Shown here in pieces: positions 28,788 to 37,506 of a stretch of DNA of 64,000 nucleotides; within the stretch, counting starts at the first letter, position 1; every line of letters begins with the position of its first letter. The position numbers were made by a program, and so were the translations under genes. The stretch covers positions 3,744,001 through 3,808,000 of the forward strand of contig CATQHZ020000001.1 of the NCBI GenBank assembly GCA_958296135.2, read 5' to 3'. The stretch comes from an uncultured Poribacteria bacterium. GTDB taxonomy: Bacteria; Poribacteria; WGA-4E; WGA-3G. Under the pieces are notes generated by a model, which was given only the letters and a program-made list of their open reading frames with translations, was not told where the DNA came from and made no database searches.

Positions 28788-30668
28788 ATGAAAAAACGAA
28801 CGTTCGTTTGTTTCTTGATTTTCACATTGTGTGTTTTTCACAGTTCGCTGCCAGGGCCTGTTTTTGGACAGGATGCCTCACTCGCCAAACAGGTGCTGGA
28901 AAAATACCGCGCGACGCTCACGCGGGAGGACATTCAAGCAGTGCTGCCGGACGTCTTGAAGGGGCTGAAAGCCCCCAACATTCAAAACCTACTGACTCCA
29001 GCTATCATCAAGGCCGCTGCTGCGAATCCAGAGCTCCTAGCCTTTGTGGGAGTTGAGCAGCCTTTCATCGACTTACTGAAAACGGATGCCGAACTCCAAG
29101 TGATGTTCAACGATGCGCAAGTGCAGACGTTGCTGCAGGATCCTGCCGCAATTGACGAACTCGCCGCTGCGTTGAACGTAGGGGAGCCGCCAGTTGCCAT
29201 GCCTTCGCTCGCTGAACAGGTGTTTGCAAAGTATCGCGCGACGCTGCAGCGAGCCGATATTCAAGCGGTGCTGCCGGATGTCTTGAGGGGGCTGAAAGCC
29301 CCCAACATTCAAAACCTACTGACTCCAGCCATCATCAAGGCCGCTGCTGCGAATCCAGAGCTCCTAGCCTTTGCGGGAGTCGAGCAGCCTTTCATCGACT
29401 TGCTGAAAACGGATGCCGAACTCCAAGTGATGTTCAACGATGCGCAAGTGCAGGCACTGCTGCAGGATCCTGCCGCAATTGACGAACTCGCAGCGTTACT
29501 CAACGTTGGAGAACCGCCGCTAGTAGTTCCACGAGTGGAACCACCGGTAGTCGTCGAACCGCCGGCACAGCCACTGTATTGGATAAATACGAGGAACCGC
29601 AGACTCTATCGGATCGCCGGTAGCACTGTCAAAAACATTGTGCCGAGCGTCCAAAACGCAACCAGCATCACCGTGGATGCAGTACGGAGTAAGGTGTACT
29701 GGACAGAAAAGACTGGCGCGCAACGCGGCAGAATTCGTCGCGCGAACCTCAACGGTTCCAATGTTGAATTGGTGAAGGCCTTAACCAGCGTGCCGCGCGA
29801 CTTGGCGATTGACTCGGCAGGCAGCAAACTCTATCTAACGAACGCCTGGGGCAAAATTCAACGTCTCAACTTCAACGGGACCGCCTTCCAGCCCAACCTC
29901 ATCACCGGGTTAGAGTCGCCACAGCACCTCGCCCTGGACGTTGCAGGCGGCAAAGTCTACTGGACAGAGCCGGATAGCCTGTGGCGCGCGAACCTCAACG
30001 GCAAAAACAGAGAAAAACTCATCGCCGATTTAGGAGAGATAGGCAGCATCGCAGTCGCGGGAAACAAGGTTTACTGGACAGAAAAGAATAAGGTTGGCGG
30101 CAAAAGGGGCACTATTCGGCGTGCCGCCCTTAACGGTTCAAATGTCCAGACCCTCGCCACGTTATGGAGCATCCCGATTGGGATTACGGTGGATAGGGTG
30201 GGGCATCATCTCTATTGGACAAATTCCAATGGGCGGATCCAACGTGCGACCCTGGCGGGACAGCATCTCCAAAATCTGGTCACCGGTTTGGGCATGCCTG
30301 CCGACATCGCGTTAGGTATCGCGCCAAGTGCTGCAGCTGTTGCCGCCGCGCCTGCCCCCGTGGCGGTGTTGCCCAATACGACTGTCCTCCTTGCTAACTA
30401 TCCAAACCCGTTTAATCCGGAGACATGGCTCCCCTATCAATTAGCGGTGCCAGCGGAAGTCACAGTGACGATTTATGCAGCGAACGGTGCAGTAGTGAGA
30501 ACCCTATCTTTGGGGCATCAGTCTGCCGGGCACTATGAGAGCAAGTCTCGTGCAGCGTATTGGGATGGCCGCAATGCACAAGGAGAACCTGTTGCGAGCG
30601 GTGTCTATTTCTATACCCTGCAGGCGGGAGATTTCACGGCGACGCAGAAAATGGTGATTCGGCAGTAG
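28788..30668 (+). CDS. Secreted protein: two 109-aa repeats, LDL-receptor class B (YWTD) propeller, C-terminal FlgD-Ig/secretion-tail domain
   Basis: Signal peptide; duplicated helical unit; KVYWTE..RRANLNG repeats; LLANYPNPFNPETWLPYQL...ASGVYFY. Confidence 0.85.
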   Translation: MKKRTFVCFLIFTLCVFHSSLPGPVFGQDASLAKQVLEKYRATLTREDIQAVLPDVLKGLKAPNIQNLLTPAIIKAAAANPELLAFVGVEQPFIDLLKTDAELQVMFNDAQVQTLLQDPAAIDELAAALNVGEPPVAMPSLAEQVFAKYRATLQRADIQAVLPDVLRGLKAPNIQNLLTPAIIKAAAANPELLAFAGVEQPFIDLLKTDAELQVMFNDAQVQALLQDPAAIDELAALLNVGEPPLVVPRVEPPVVVEPPAQPLYWINTRNRRLYRIAGSTVKNIVPSVQNATSITVDAVRSKVYWTEKTGAQRGRIRRANLNGSNVELVKALTSVPRDLAIDSAGSKLYLTNAWGKIQRLNFNGTAFQPNLITGLESPQHLALDVAGGKVYWTEPDSLWRANLNGKNREKLIADLGEIGSIAVAGNKVYWTEKNKVGGKRGTIRRAALNGSNVQTLATLWSIPIGITVDRVGHHLYWTNSNGRIQRATLAGQHLQNLVTGLGMPADIALGIAPSAAAVAAAPAPVAVLPNTTVLLANYPNPFNPETWLPYQLAVPAEVTVTIYAANGAVVRTLSLGHQSAGHYESKSRAAYWDGRNAQGEPVASGVYFYTLQAGDFTATQKMVIRQ

Positions 30669-31025
30669 GAGAGACCTCTGGTCTCGATGCCTTGTAGGCG
30701 CGCCCTCCCGCGTCTCGATGCCCGGTAGGAGAGACCTCCTGGTCTCGATGCCTTGTAGGCGCGCCCTCCCGCGTCTCGATGCCCGGTAGGAGAGACCTCC
30801 TGGTCTCGATTCTTCCCCGTAGGGCGAGGGCCGTCACACCGAATCGGAACGGAAAACGGCCGCAGCCGATTTTCTCCTCGTTGAAAGACCGCGGGGGACA
30901 GGCCCCCGCGCTACGGGAGAAACGGTATTTTTCATTGTGATTGAGGGATAGCCCCCGCGCTACGGGAGAAAGGAAGGAATCGCCGCGCCAAACGTAGGGC
31001 GAGGGCCCGGGGCGGCCGCCGGGCT
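30664..31025. repeat. REP-like array
   Basis: Alternating GTAGGAGAGACCTC..GGTCTCGATG and GTAGGCGCGCCCTCCCGCGTCTCGATG, then GTAGGGCGAGGG units. Confidence 0.85.
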
Positions 31026-31036
31026 GTTAAAAAACG

Positions 31037-31066
31037 TTGACATCACACGCAACACGCTGCTATACT
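31037..31066 (+). promoter_or_regulatory. Sigma70 promoter, near-leaderless gene
   Basis: TTGACA-18 bp-TATACT, 9 nt before ATG 31076. Confidence 0.6.
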
Positions 31067-31075
31067 TTAACTATC

Positions 31076-31975
31076 ATGCAAAATGCATTAGACCAGTTTT
31101 ACACGAAAAAAGAGATTGCGGACACCTGTTGGAAGCATTTTAACGAAGTTCTTCCGCGCTTACAGCGCGCGCCTACCGATGTAAAAAACAATCTGTTCTT
31201 CATAGAACCCTCAGCAGGGACCGGCGCGTTCTATAACCTCTTGCCGCCGCAACGCAGGTTAGGCACGGATATTGAGCCGAAATGCGATGGCGTGATAGCA
31301 CAAGACTTTTTTAAACTATCGGGCGGATATGGACATCTGTCCTTACTAAATGAGCCTAGCGAAACTGTCATCATCGGAAATCCGCCGTTTGGCAAACGCG
31401 GGAAATTGGCGATAGCCTTCTTCAATCACGCCGCCTATTTGGCAGACACCGTCGCCTTCATCGTGCCAGTGAATTTCCGGAAGTGGACGGTGCATAAGCA
31501 GCTCAACTCCAGCATGCAGTTCATCAGCAAATTGGCTCTGCCGAGGGAGGCGTTCTTACTCGGCAACGGCAAACCTTACGCGGTTAACACAGAGTTTCAG
31601 ATATGGACTCGGTGGGAAGCCCCCGGATATCCAGACATGCGGCTCTACCAACCGTTGCCTATCTCGCACCCCGATTTTCAGATGTGGCAGTATAACAACA
31701 CGCCTGCCGCACTGAAAGTCTTCCGAAACAACTTTGACTTCGCCGTGCCGTGCCAAGGCTGGCAAGATTACTCACGCAAGGAGACTGAGGAAAATCGATG
31801 CGAACGGAACAAGCAGTGGATATTGCTGAAGGCGAAAAATCCAAACGTCCTAGCGCGGCTCCTGCGCATCGATTATGAACGTCTCGCACGAGAGTGCGCC
31901 ACCGCTGTCCCCGGCTTCCGCAAGGGAGATCTGGTGCAGGCATATTCAGGAGAAAAAACGCCCCAGGCCCCGTAG
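31076..31975 (+). CDS. SAM-dependent amino-methyltransferase (probable DNA adenine MTase)
   Basis: LDQFYT, FIEPSAGTGAF (motif I) and IIGNPPFG (motif IV). Confidence 0.8.
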   Translation: MQNALDQFYTKKEIADTCWKHFNEVLPRLQRAPTDVKNNLFFIEPSAGTGAFYNLLPPQRRLGTDIEPKCDGVIAQDFFKLSGGYGHLSLLNEPSETVIIGNPPFGKRGKLAIAFFNHAAYLADTVAFIVPVNFRKWTVHKQLNSSMQFISKLALPREAFLLGNGKPYAVNTEFQIWTRWEAPGYPDMRLYQPLPISHPDFQMWQYNNTPAALKVFRNNFDFAVPCQGWQDYSRKETEENRCERNKQWILLKAKNPNVLARLLRIDYERLARECATAVPGFRKGDLVQAYSGEKTPQAP

Positions 31976-32063
31976 CGCGAGGGAAAACCCGGCGAGCGCG
32001 AATCGCCGAGGGCTCCCCTCGCAAACCCGCGAACCGATGATTATTGGGACAAAGGAAAAAACC

Positions 32064-32594
32064 ATGAAATATTACCTTTTCATTTTCTTATCATTCTGCG
32101 CGATTATCCCGTTTTCTGGGTGCCAATCCCAGGCACTGCGCGCCCTCATCGAACCGCAGGAATGGACAAACTACGCCGTCACGGAAGGCGTAACCTGCAC
32201 CGATGCCGCGATGATAGACGGCGATGCGAAAACCCGCGGGTATGCAGACGGACGATGGATTCATCTCACGCTGCCGACTCGGAAGCCTATCCATCGCATC
32301 GTCATCCGTGGCACGAACATTCGGGACGCGATGGTGTATCAGAAACTCCAAGGCAATGGACGGTGGCAGGCAATCCAGCAAGTCACAAATAACCGAGGCC
32401 CGGCAATTGAGATGCGGATGAGCGTCGTCACGGAGGCACTCCGCGTCTATATCAGCGGCACCACTGATGATAAGCACAGAGCACGAAAATTTTCCGAACG
32501 TCACAACGCGATGGTGCCGCAAATCCAACTCGGCAGAGCCTATGCCCACGAAATCGAGGTCTACGGGTTCGTTTCAAAGGCAGTGCAACCCTGA
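32064..32594 (+). CDS. Hypothetical lipoprotein (possible discoidin-like fold)
   Basis: MKYYLFIFLSFCAIIPFSGC; AMIDGD and HEIEVYG; AAGGA SD. Confidence 0.65.
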   Translation: MKYYLFIFLSFCAIIPFSGCQSQALRALIEPQEWTNYAVTEGVTCTDAAMIDGDAKTRGYADGRWIHLTLPTRKPIHRIVIRGTNIRDAMVYQKLQGNGRWQAIQQVTNNRGPAIEMRMSVVTEALRVYISGTTDDKHRARKFSERHNAMVPQIQLGRAYAHEIEVYGFVSKAVQP

Positions 32595-32664
32595 TGCCCA
32601 GTACCGATTTTCATGTTGGCATTTTTTGTGCAACTTGTCAACACGAAAAAGCATCTGATGATGT

Positions 32665-33162
32665 TTACCAATTGCAGGGGTCATCGAACTCGTCGAAGCG
32701 AATCGAACGCCACGTTCCCTCTTCGTGGAGATACACTTCTATATCGGCCGCATGAGGCGGGGCCGCCCCGGTCTGCCGATAGACGTATCGCTGTGGGCTA
32801 TTCGATCTGAGTGAGAGCCCGTTGACAGCGTGAACATGAAACTCAGATCCAAAATCCTGCCACCAATTCTTGCTGTCAGACTCTCGCGTGTAAAAACTCC
32901 CTTCCGCGTAGGAAAACACTAAGCCCTCTCGCGCCACCCGAAAACTCACCTTCGTGCGAGTATCCACGGTGTTGAAGGTGAGGATGCCCGTGTTTGTGTC
33001 AGCGTCAGATGATAACATCAAGTAGACTTGCTGCGCTGCATCCCGTGTTCCGACGAGATAGTAATCTGAACATGGAATTCTCCTGTAGGTTAGGTGCAGG
33101 CAACCCCACACCGATAATGGAGCAAGCAACCTACCTGCTCTCTGCCTACAAACACACCTCAA
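32665..33162 (-). CDS. Hypothetical protein, start uncertain, possibly a fragment
   Basis: The C-terminal part looks protein-like, but the SD-linked ATG near 33073 is in another frame. Confidence 0.35.
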   Translation of the reverse strand: MRCVCRQRAGRLLAPLSVWGCLHLTYRRIPCSDYYLVGTRDAAQQVYLMLSSDADTNTGILTFNTVDTRTKVSFRVAREGLVFSYAEGSFYTRESDSKNWWQDFGSEFHVHAVNGLSLRSNSPQRYVYRQTGAAPPHAADIEVYLHEEGTWRSIRFDEFDDPCNW

Positions 33163-33242
33163 CCGCCCAATGGTTCGAGTAGTTCAAGAAGAGTTCAAAA
33201 GAAAAAGGGAGAAGGCATCCGCGCCTTCTCCCACATAATCGA

Positions 33243-34409
33243 TTACCTCTCAATGGGTATGTTCGCATGCTCGTAAATCGGACTCAGTATGTGGCTATTC
33301 GGACCAATTAATTCTAGTCCCACATGCGTAGTCTCATCTAGAAGTTCCGCTTTGACGATAACCTCGTGTTTCATCTCAAGTTTGACTACGGGACCGCGGT
33401 CGGTTAATTTTCGTTCACGGATAATCTCATGTCTAACATCATCGCTGAAGTTGAGAACCTGCCATGCTCGACTATCCTTAAGAACTGCATAATCAAAAAT
33501 GTAGTCTTTTGAATATGTGCCATCGGGGTAATAAGGAAATCGCACATCAAATGTAAATCGATATGTGTTAGATTGTCCGATTTTCTTCATTTCCAACAGA
33601 TTCACATGAATGTCTGTTAGAGAGAAGAAGGAAACAAGCACTCGATTCCCTACATTAAAAGCACTATGGCGATTAAGCCACCCCGCAGCACCTGGAGAGA
33701 GTTTATCTTGATGCTGTCCATAGGACATTATGAAGGAATCGTCTCGGTAATCATGGTGGAGTCCCATTGCATGTCCTAGTTCATGCGCCAGCACATCCCA
33801 TGTCCAACATCCGCCAAATACGAATACTTCACCCCAGCTAGAAGTGCCAGCTCCTAATCCGCAACCACGTACTCCAGGCACATCTATGAAGAATACATTG
33901 ATGCTTCTTCGAGGGAACAATTCGCCATCCCCATCATATCTATCCGCATTTATCATATCGACGAGCTCTCGTTCAATCTCATTCCATCCGTGTGTTTCGT
34001 AATAGTTCGCCGATTCTTTTAATGTGATTCGGGTTATACTCACACGATGGGTCGCATCTTTATGAAACGGAAACGTTTTCTTGCCATAGCCGTGACGTTT
34101 CATCTCATCTGCAAAAAAGCGTTGTGCTTTCTTGACAAGCTCATCAATTAGCACAGCGTATTCTGCAAAGTCGGCTTCGGTTGGCGGAATTGGCTGCGAA
34201 TCTGGTTCGAGATAGTAAACTCGCACCGACACGCGAGGCCCGTGTCCGAATGGCAACTCTGGCGCGCCAGCATAAAAATCATCACTGCCAACGGAGACAG
34301 TGGGTAACATCGGTGTTGGCGTGTCCATCTCGTCACCGCATCCCGCCACTATGAGCATGATAACGACTATCATCGTTATCGCTCCGTGTGTGTTAAAATG
34401 TAAATACAT
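33243..34409 (-). CDS. Lipoprotein zinc metallopeptidase (metzincin)
   Basis: IVAGC lipobox; LAHELGHAMGLHH plus Met-turn FIMSY. Confidence 0.8.
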   Translation of the reverse strand: MYLHFNTHGAITMIVVIMLIVAGCGDEMDTPTPMLPTVSVGSDDFYAGAPELPFGHGPRVSVRVYYLEPDSQPIPPTEADFAEYAVLIDELVKKAQRFFADEMKRHGYGKKTFPFHKDATHRVSITRITLKESANYYETHGWNEIERELVDMINADRYDGDGELFPRRSINVFFIDVPGVRGCGLGAGTSSWGEVFVFGGCWTWDVLAHELGHAMGLHHDYRDDSFIMSYGQHQDKLSPGAAGWLNRHSAFNVGNRVLVSFFSLTDIHVNLLEMKKIGQSNTYRFTFDVRFPYYPDGTYSKDYIFDYAVLKDSRAWQVLNFSDDVRHEIIRERKLTDRGPVVKLEMKHEVIVKAELLDETTHVGLELIGPNSHILSPIYEHANIPIER

Positions 34410-34920
34410 TATTATCCTCTCCTCTGTATCGGTATTTCGTCCAATCTCTTGCAGCACCCATAAGAAGCTTTTCATGGAAAGAGAGTTTGTCCATAGGAAA
34501 TGTTTCACTCATGAGTTGTTCTCGGAAATTCATATCCAAATAACCCCAGACACCTTTCCAGTACATCACTGAATCCTTTGGGTCTGGAGTAGGAAGGTCC
34601 AATGCACCACCAAGAGCCTGCATATCAGGAACTGAGACTACATATTCCTGAACTTCGAGATAAATCAGAGACCTCGTGGTATTCCACAGCATTCCAAACT
34701 TCATCCCATTGAATTTGGGTGTAGCAGGTCCGTGTAGTTTAACAGCATAGTCATCTATCCCGTTCGTGAATCTGACTGGAGCATCAAGAATGTAAAATTG
34801 CTGGGTTGCAAGACACGCCGGTTCTGAGGCGACCATGGGTTGTTCCGCACCGCATCCGATGAGTCCGATTCCTGCACACACAGCGACTCCAATACATGCG
34901 AGTGTCATGAGTCTTGTCAT
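34393..34920 (-). CDS. Hypothetical lipoprotein
   Basis: LIGC lipobox; GGAGG SD; overlaps the peptidase start. Confidence 0.65.
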   Translation of the reverse strand: MTRLMTLACIGVAVCAGIGLIGCGAEQPMVASEPACLATQQFYILDAPVRFTNGIDDYAVKLHGPATPKFNGMKFGMLWNTTRSLIYLEVQEYVVSVPDMQALGGALDLPTPDPKDSVMYWKGVWGYLDMNFREQLMSETFPMDKLSFHEKLLMGAARDWTKYRYRGEDNNVFTF

Positions 34921-34998
34921 GTCGTTCCTCCATATTATGCGCGCTGTGCGCGATTAAGCATTCTCAGGTTATCGCGAAACGTTCGCGATAACACCTTA

Positions 34999-35027
34999 AT
35001 TATACCACAATTTTTTCCATTTGTCAA
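34999..35027 (-). promoter_or_regulatory. Sigma70 promoter
   Basis: TTGACA-17 bp-(TGTGG)TATAAT. Confidence 0.75.
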
Positions 35028-35295
35028 GAAAAAAAATGCAAAAAAAGTGATTTTTTTTGCATTTATTGTGATATTTTATCGGCATTTGCGGTGTTTGTCA
35101 AGAAATATTTGACAAAAAAGTGAAAAAATGTTAACTTAATAGCAAAAAGGAGATAACATACTATAGTCCGCGTTTCTGTAGATGGAGCCCACCCGCTCTT
35201 AACCTATTCAGGATTGGTTGGCGGATAGGTTTGCAGAACTTCAGACACTCCCGAACAACTCAGGCACCTCGAGTATGAGAGGCTAATCAACAAAC

Positions 35296-36357
35296 ATGAA
35301 ACGCTTGATTTTTGAAGATATATACACCTGGCCGGTCTTCAGTGAAGAGCGGCAGATTGACTTTAACGGACATCTGTGGGTGCGGCAGGAGGGAAATATC
35401 CTGATCGATCCGGTCCCGATGAGCAGTTCCGACGAAGCGCAGCTCGCTGAACTTGGCGGCGCGAAGTGGATCGTCCTCACCAACCGGGACCACGAACGTG
35501 AAGCCGCCGCCTTTCAGGAACTCACTGGTGCCGAGATAATCGTGCATGAGGCGGATGCCGATGCGCTCAGCGTTACTCCCGCGCGAACCATTCACGACTG
35601 CGAAGAAATTGTCCCAGGACTACACGCCGTGCATTTGCGTTACGGAAAGAGCCCCGGCGAAATCGCGCTCTATTTTCCCGGCAAGCAGGCCGTCCTCTTC
35701 GGCGATCTGGTTGTCGGCGAACCGATGGGCGCGGTGACGCTGCTGCCAGATGCAAAACTGGCAGACGCGCCGAACGCCGCGCTGGAACTGCGCAAAATCC
35801 TCGCCCTACGCTTCAACGCAATCCTCGTCGGAGATGGCCACTCCATCTTCAGGGACGGCAGACAACGCCTCCTCGACTGCCTGCAAGCACGACGCGATAT
35901 TTACATCAACCGCATCCACATCGATGAAATCGACTGGGCGCAGAAACACGCACCTGCCCCTTATGATTTTGAGGATAAAGACATCGACGCGCTTATCGGC
36001 AGCAAAAATCTGGGGTACCGCGTTATTCGGCTTCAGCCCAGCAAGATGAGTTTCCCAATGCATTTTCATAACTTCGGGGAGGAAATGTGCTATGTGATGG
36101 AGGGGGCATGCACGCTTAGAACCCCGCGCGGCGATGTGAACGTGCAACAGGGAGATTTCATCGCGTTTCCACCGGGTGCGATCGGCGCGCATAAATTCAT
36201 CAACGATACCAATGCCCCCGTAACGTTGTTCATTCTCGGCACGACAATCCCTCACGATGTAAGCGAATATCCGGATTCCAACAAAGTGTTGCCTTACATC
36301 GTCGGGAAAATTTATCGGAAGGATGAGAGTCTCAGTTATTGGGACGGGGAAGTCTAA
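35296..36357 (+). CDS. Metallo-beta-lactamase-fold protein fused to cupin domain
   Basis: LTNRDHER, LFGD and VGDGH, then cupin HFH..EEMCYVMEG...GDFIAFP..AH.F.N and YPDSNK. Confidence 0.8.
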   Translation: MKRLIFEDIYTWPVFSEERQIDFNGHLWVRQEGNILIDPVPMSSSDEAQLAELGGAKWIVLTNRDHEREAAAFQELTGAEIIVHEADADALSVTPARTIHDCEEIVPGLHAVHLRYGKSPGEIALYFPGKQAVLFGDLVVGEPMGAVTLLPDAKLADAPNAALELRKILALRFNAILVGDGHSIFRDGRQRLLDCLQARRDIYINRIHIDEIDWAQKHAPAPYDFEDKDIDALIGSKNLGYRVIRLQPSKMSFPMHFHNFGEEMCYVMEGACTLRTPRGDVNVQQGDFIAFPPGAIGAHKFINDTNAPVTLFILGTTIPHDVSEYPDSNKVLPYIVGKIYRKDESLSYWDGEV

Positions 36358-36635
36358 TCGCGCTCTGTCGGACGCGTGGACAAATTCGTCTTCGGCGGAA
36401 CATCCCACGAAATGTGCCCACAGCGCGGGCACCGCATCTCAAATTCAACAAGGTTCCGGACAGTGCCTGTCCTCACCGGCTTCCGCCGCGTTTGACACTG
36501 CGGACATCGCGTCGCGCGGAATTCATCAATATCGCTCTTGCTAAAATGCGCACCTATCTTAAAGGCTACCAGCAACAGCACGACGATGAAGAGGCAAACC
36601 ACCACAAAAATGAGGAAGGGAAGAAAGGATACCAC
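36354..36635 (-). CDS. Small membrane-anchored Zn-ribbon protein
   Basis: N-terminal TM helix; CPQC and CPRCG. Confidence 0.6.
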   Translation of the reverse strand: MVSFLPFLIFVVVCLFIVVLLLVAFKIGAHFSKSDIDEFRATRCPQCQTRRKPVRTGTVRNLVEFEMRCPRCGHISWDVPPKTNLSTRPTERD

Positions 36636-36640
36636 TAGGA

Positions 36641-37213
36641 TTAAAAACTAAGCCGAATCAGCGGAGCCCTCGCGGCAGCCTCCCGATAAGTATCTTCTGT
36701 GACAACATCCGCAAAGAACGACGCGAAGAACGCGCCAGCATTCTCCAGAAATTCAGGCAGGTTCATTCCCATATAGACACCGTTTGCATCGTTACATTCA
36801 ACAACGACTTGCCGCAACTTCTCGCGCCCGGCAGTGGAGAGCGTCCGCAGCGGTCTCAGCATCCGTGAATGATACTTGATATGTGCCGCCGACACCTGAA
36901 TTAACCCCTGCAGAAAAAGCCGATACGTATCCTCCGCTTGGTGCCACAGCCCTTCCCACGCCTCGTGTGCCTCCCACCAATACGCAAAGTTATAGAGATC
37001 TACGCCGTAGAGGTAATCTTCGTTTTGCCGCCACATCACCGGCGAAAGAGGCGCATCGAGTCCCGAGGTCTCGCCGCCTGGTTCATAACTATGTCCAAGC
37101 GGATCCCGAATAGGATGCGGCGTAACCCCCGGAATATGCCGATACGGCGGGAAAGGTTTGTGCGGACAATATCGCGGCCACTGTGCATCAAAAGGGTGCG
37201 GTTGCTGAATCAT
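36641..37213 (-). CDS. DUF309 family protein
   Basis: GVDLYN..YWWEAHEAWEGLW and LQGLIQ; start at MIQQP. Confidence 0.85.
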   Translation of the reverse strand: MIQQPHPFDAQWPRYCPHKPFPPYRHIPGVTPHPIRDPLGHSYEPGGETSGLDAPLSPVMWRQNEDYLYGVDLYNFAYWWEAHEAWEGLWHQAEDTYRLFLQGLIQVSAAHIKYHSRMLRPLRTLSTAGREKLRQVVVECNDANGVYMGMNLPEFLENAGAFFASFFADVVTEDTYREAAARAPLIRLSF

Positions 37214-37329
37214 TGCTGTTTTCCTCTTTATTCTGATTCGTATCATCTCTGTAGGGAAACCAGATGAGTTCGCCGGGGTTAACCTGTTCGGGTTCCCTGC
37301 GAAGCAGCCCGAGCCCGAACAAGGCTCCG

Positions 37330-37506
37330 TTGTAGGAGAGACCTCCCGGTATCGCCTCGCCTCCCCTGTAGGAGAGACCTCCCGGTATCGACACGCCCCC
37401 GGCATCGGGACAAGGATGTCCCGCCTACCGGAGCCCCCCGGCATCGGGACAAGGATGTCCCTCCTACCGGAGCCCCCTGGTATCGGGACAAGGATGTCCC
37501 GCCTAC
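37330..37506. repeat. REP-like array
   Basis: Two GTAGGAGAGACCTCCCGGTATCG on + and three GTAGG(A/C)GGGACATCCTTGTCCCGA on -. Confidence 0.85.

Noticed and set aside
35175-35255. Fluoride or glycine riboswitch
   Set aside because: Only partial motif resemblance (GATGGAG..., CTCAGG); the required paired elements were not found.
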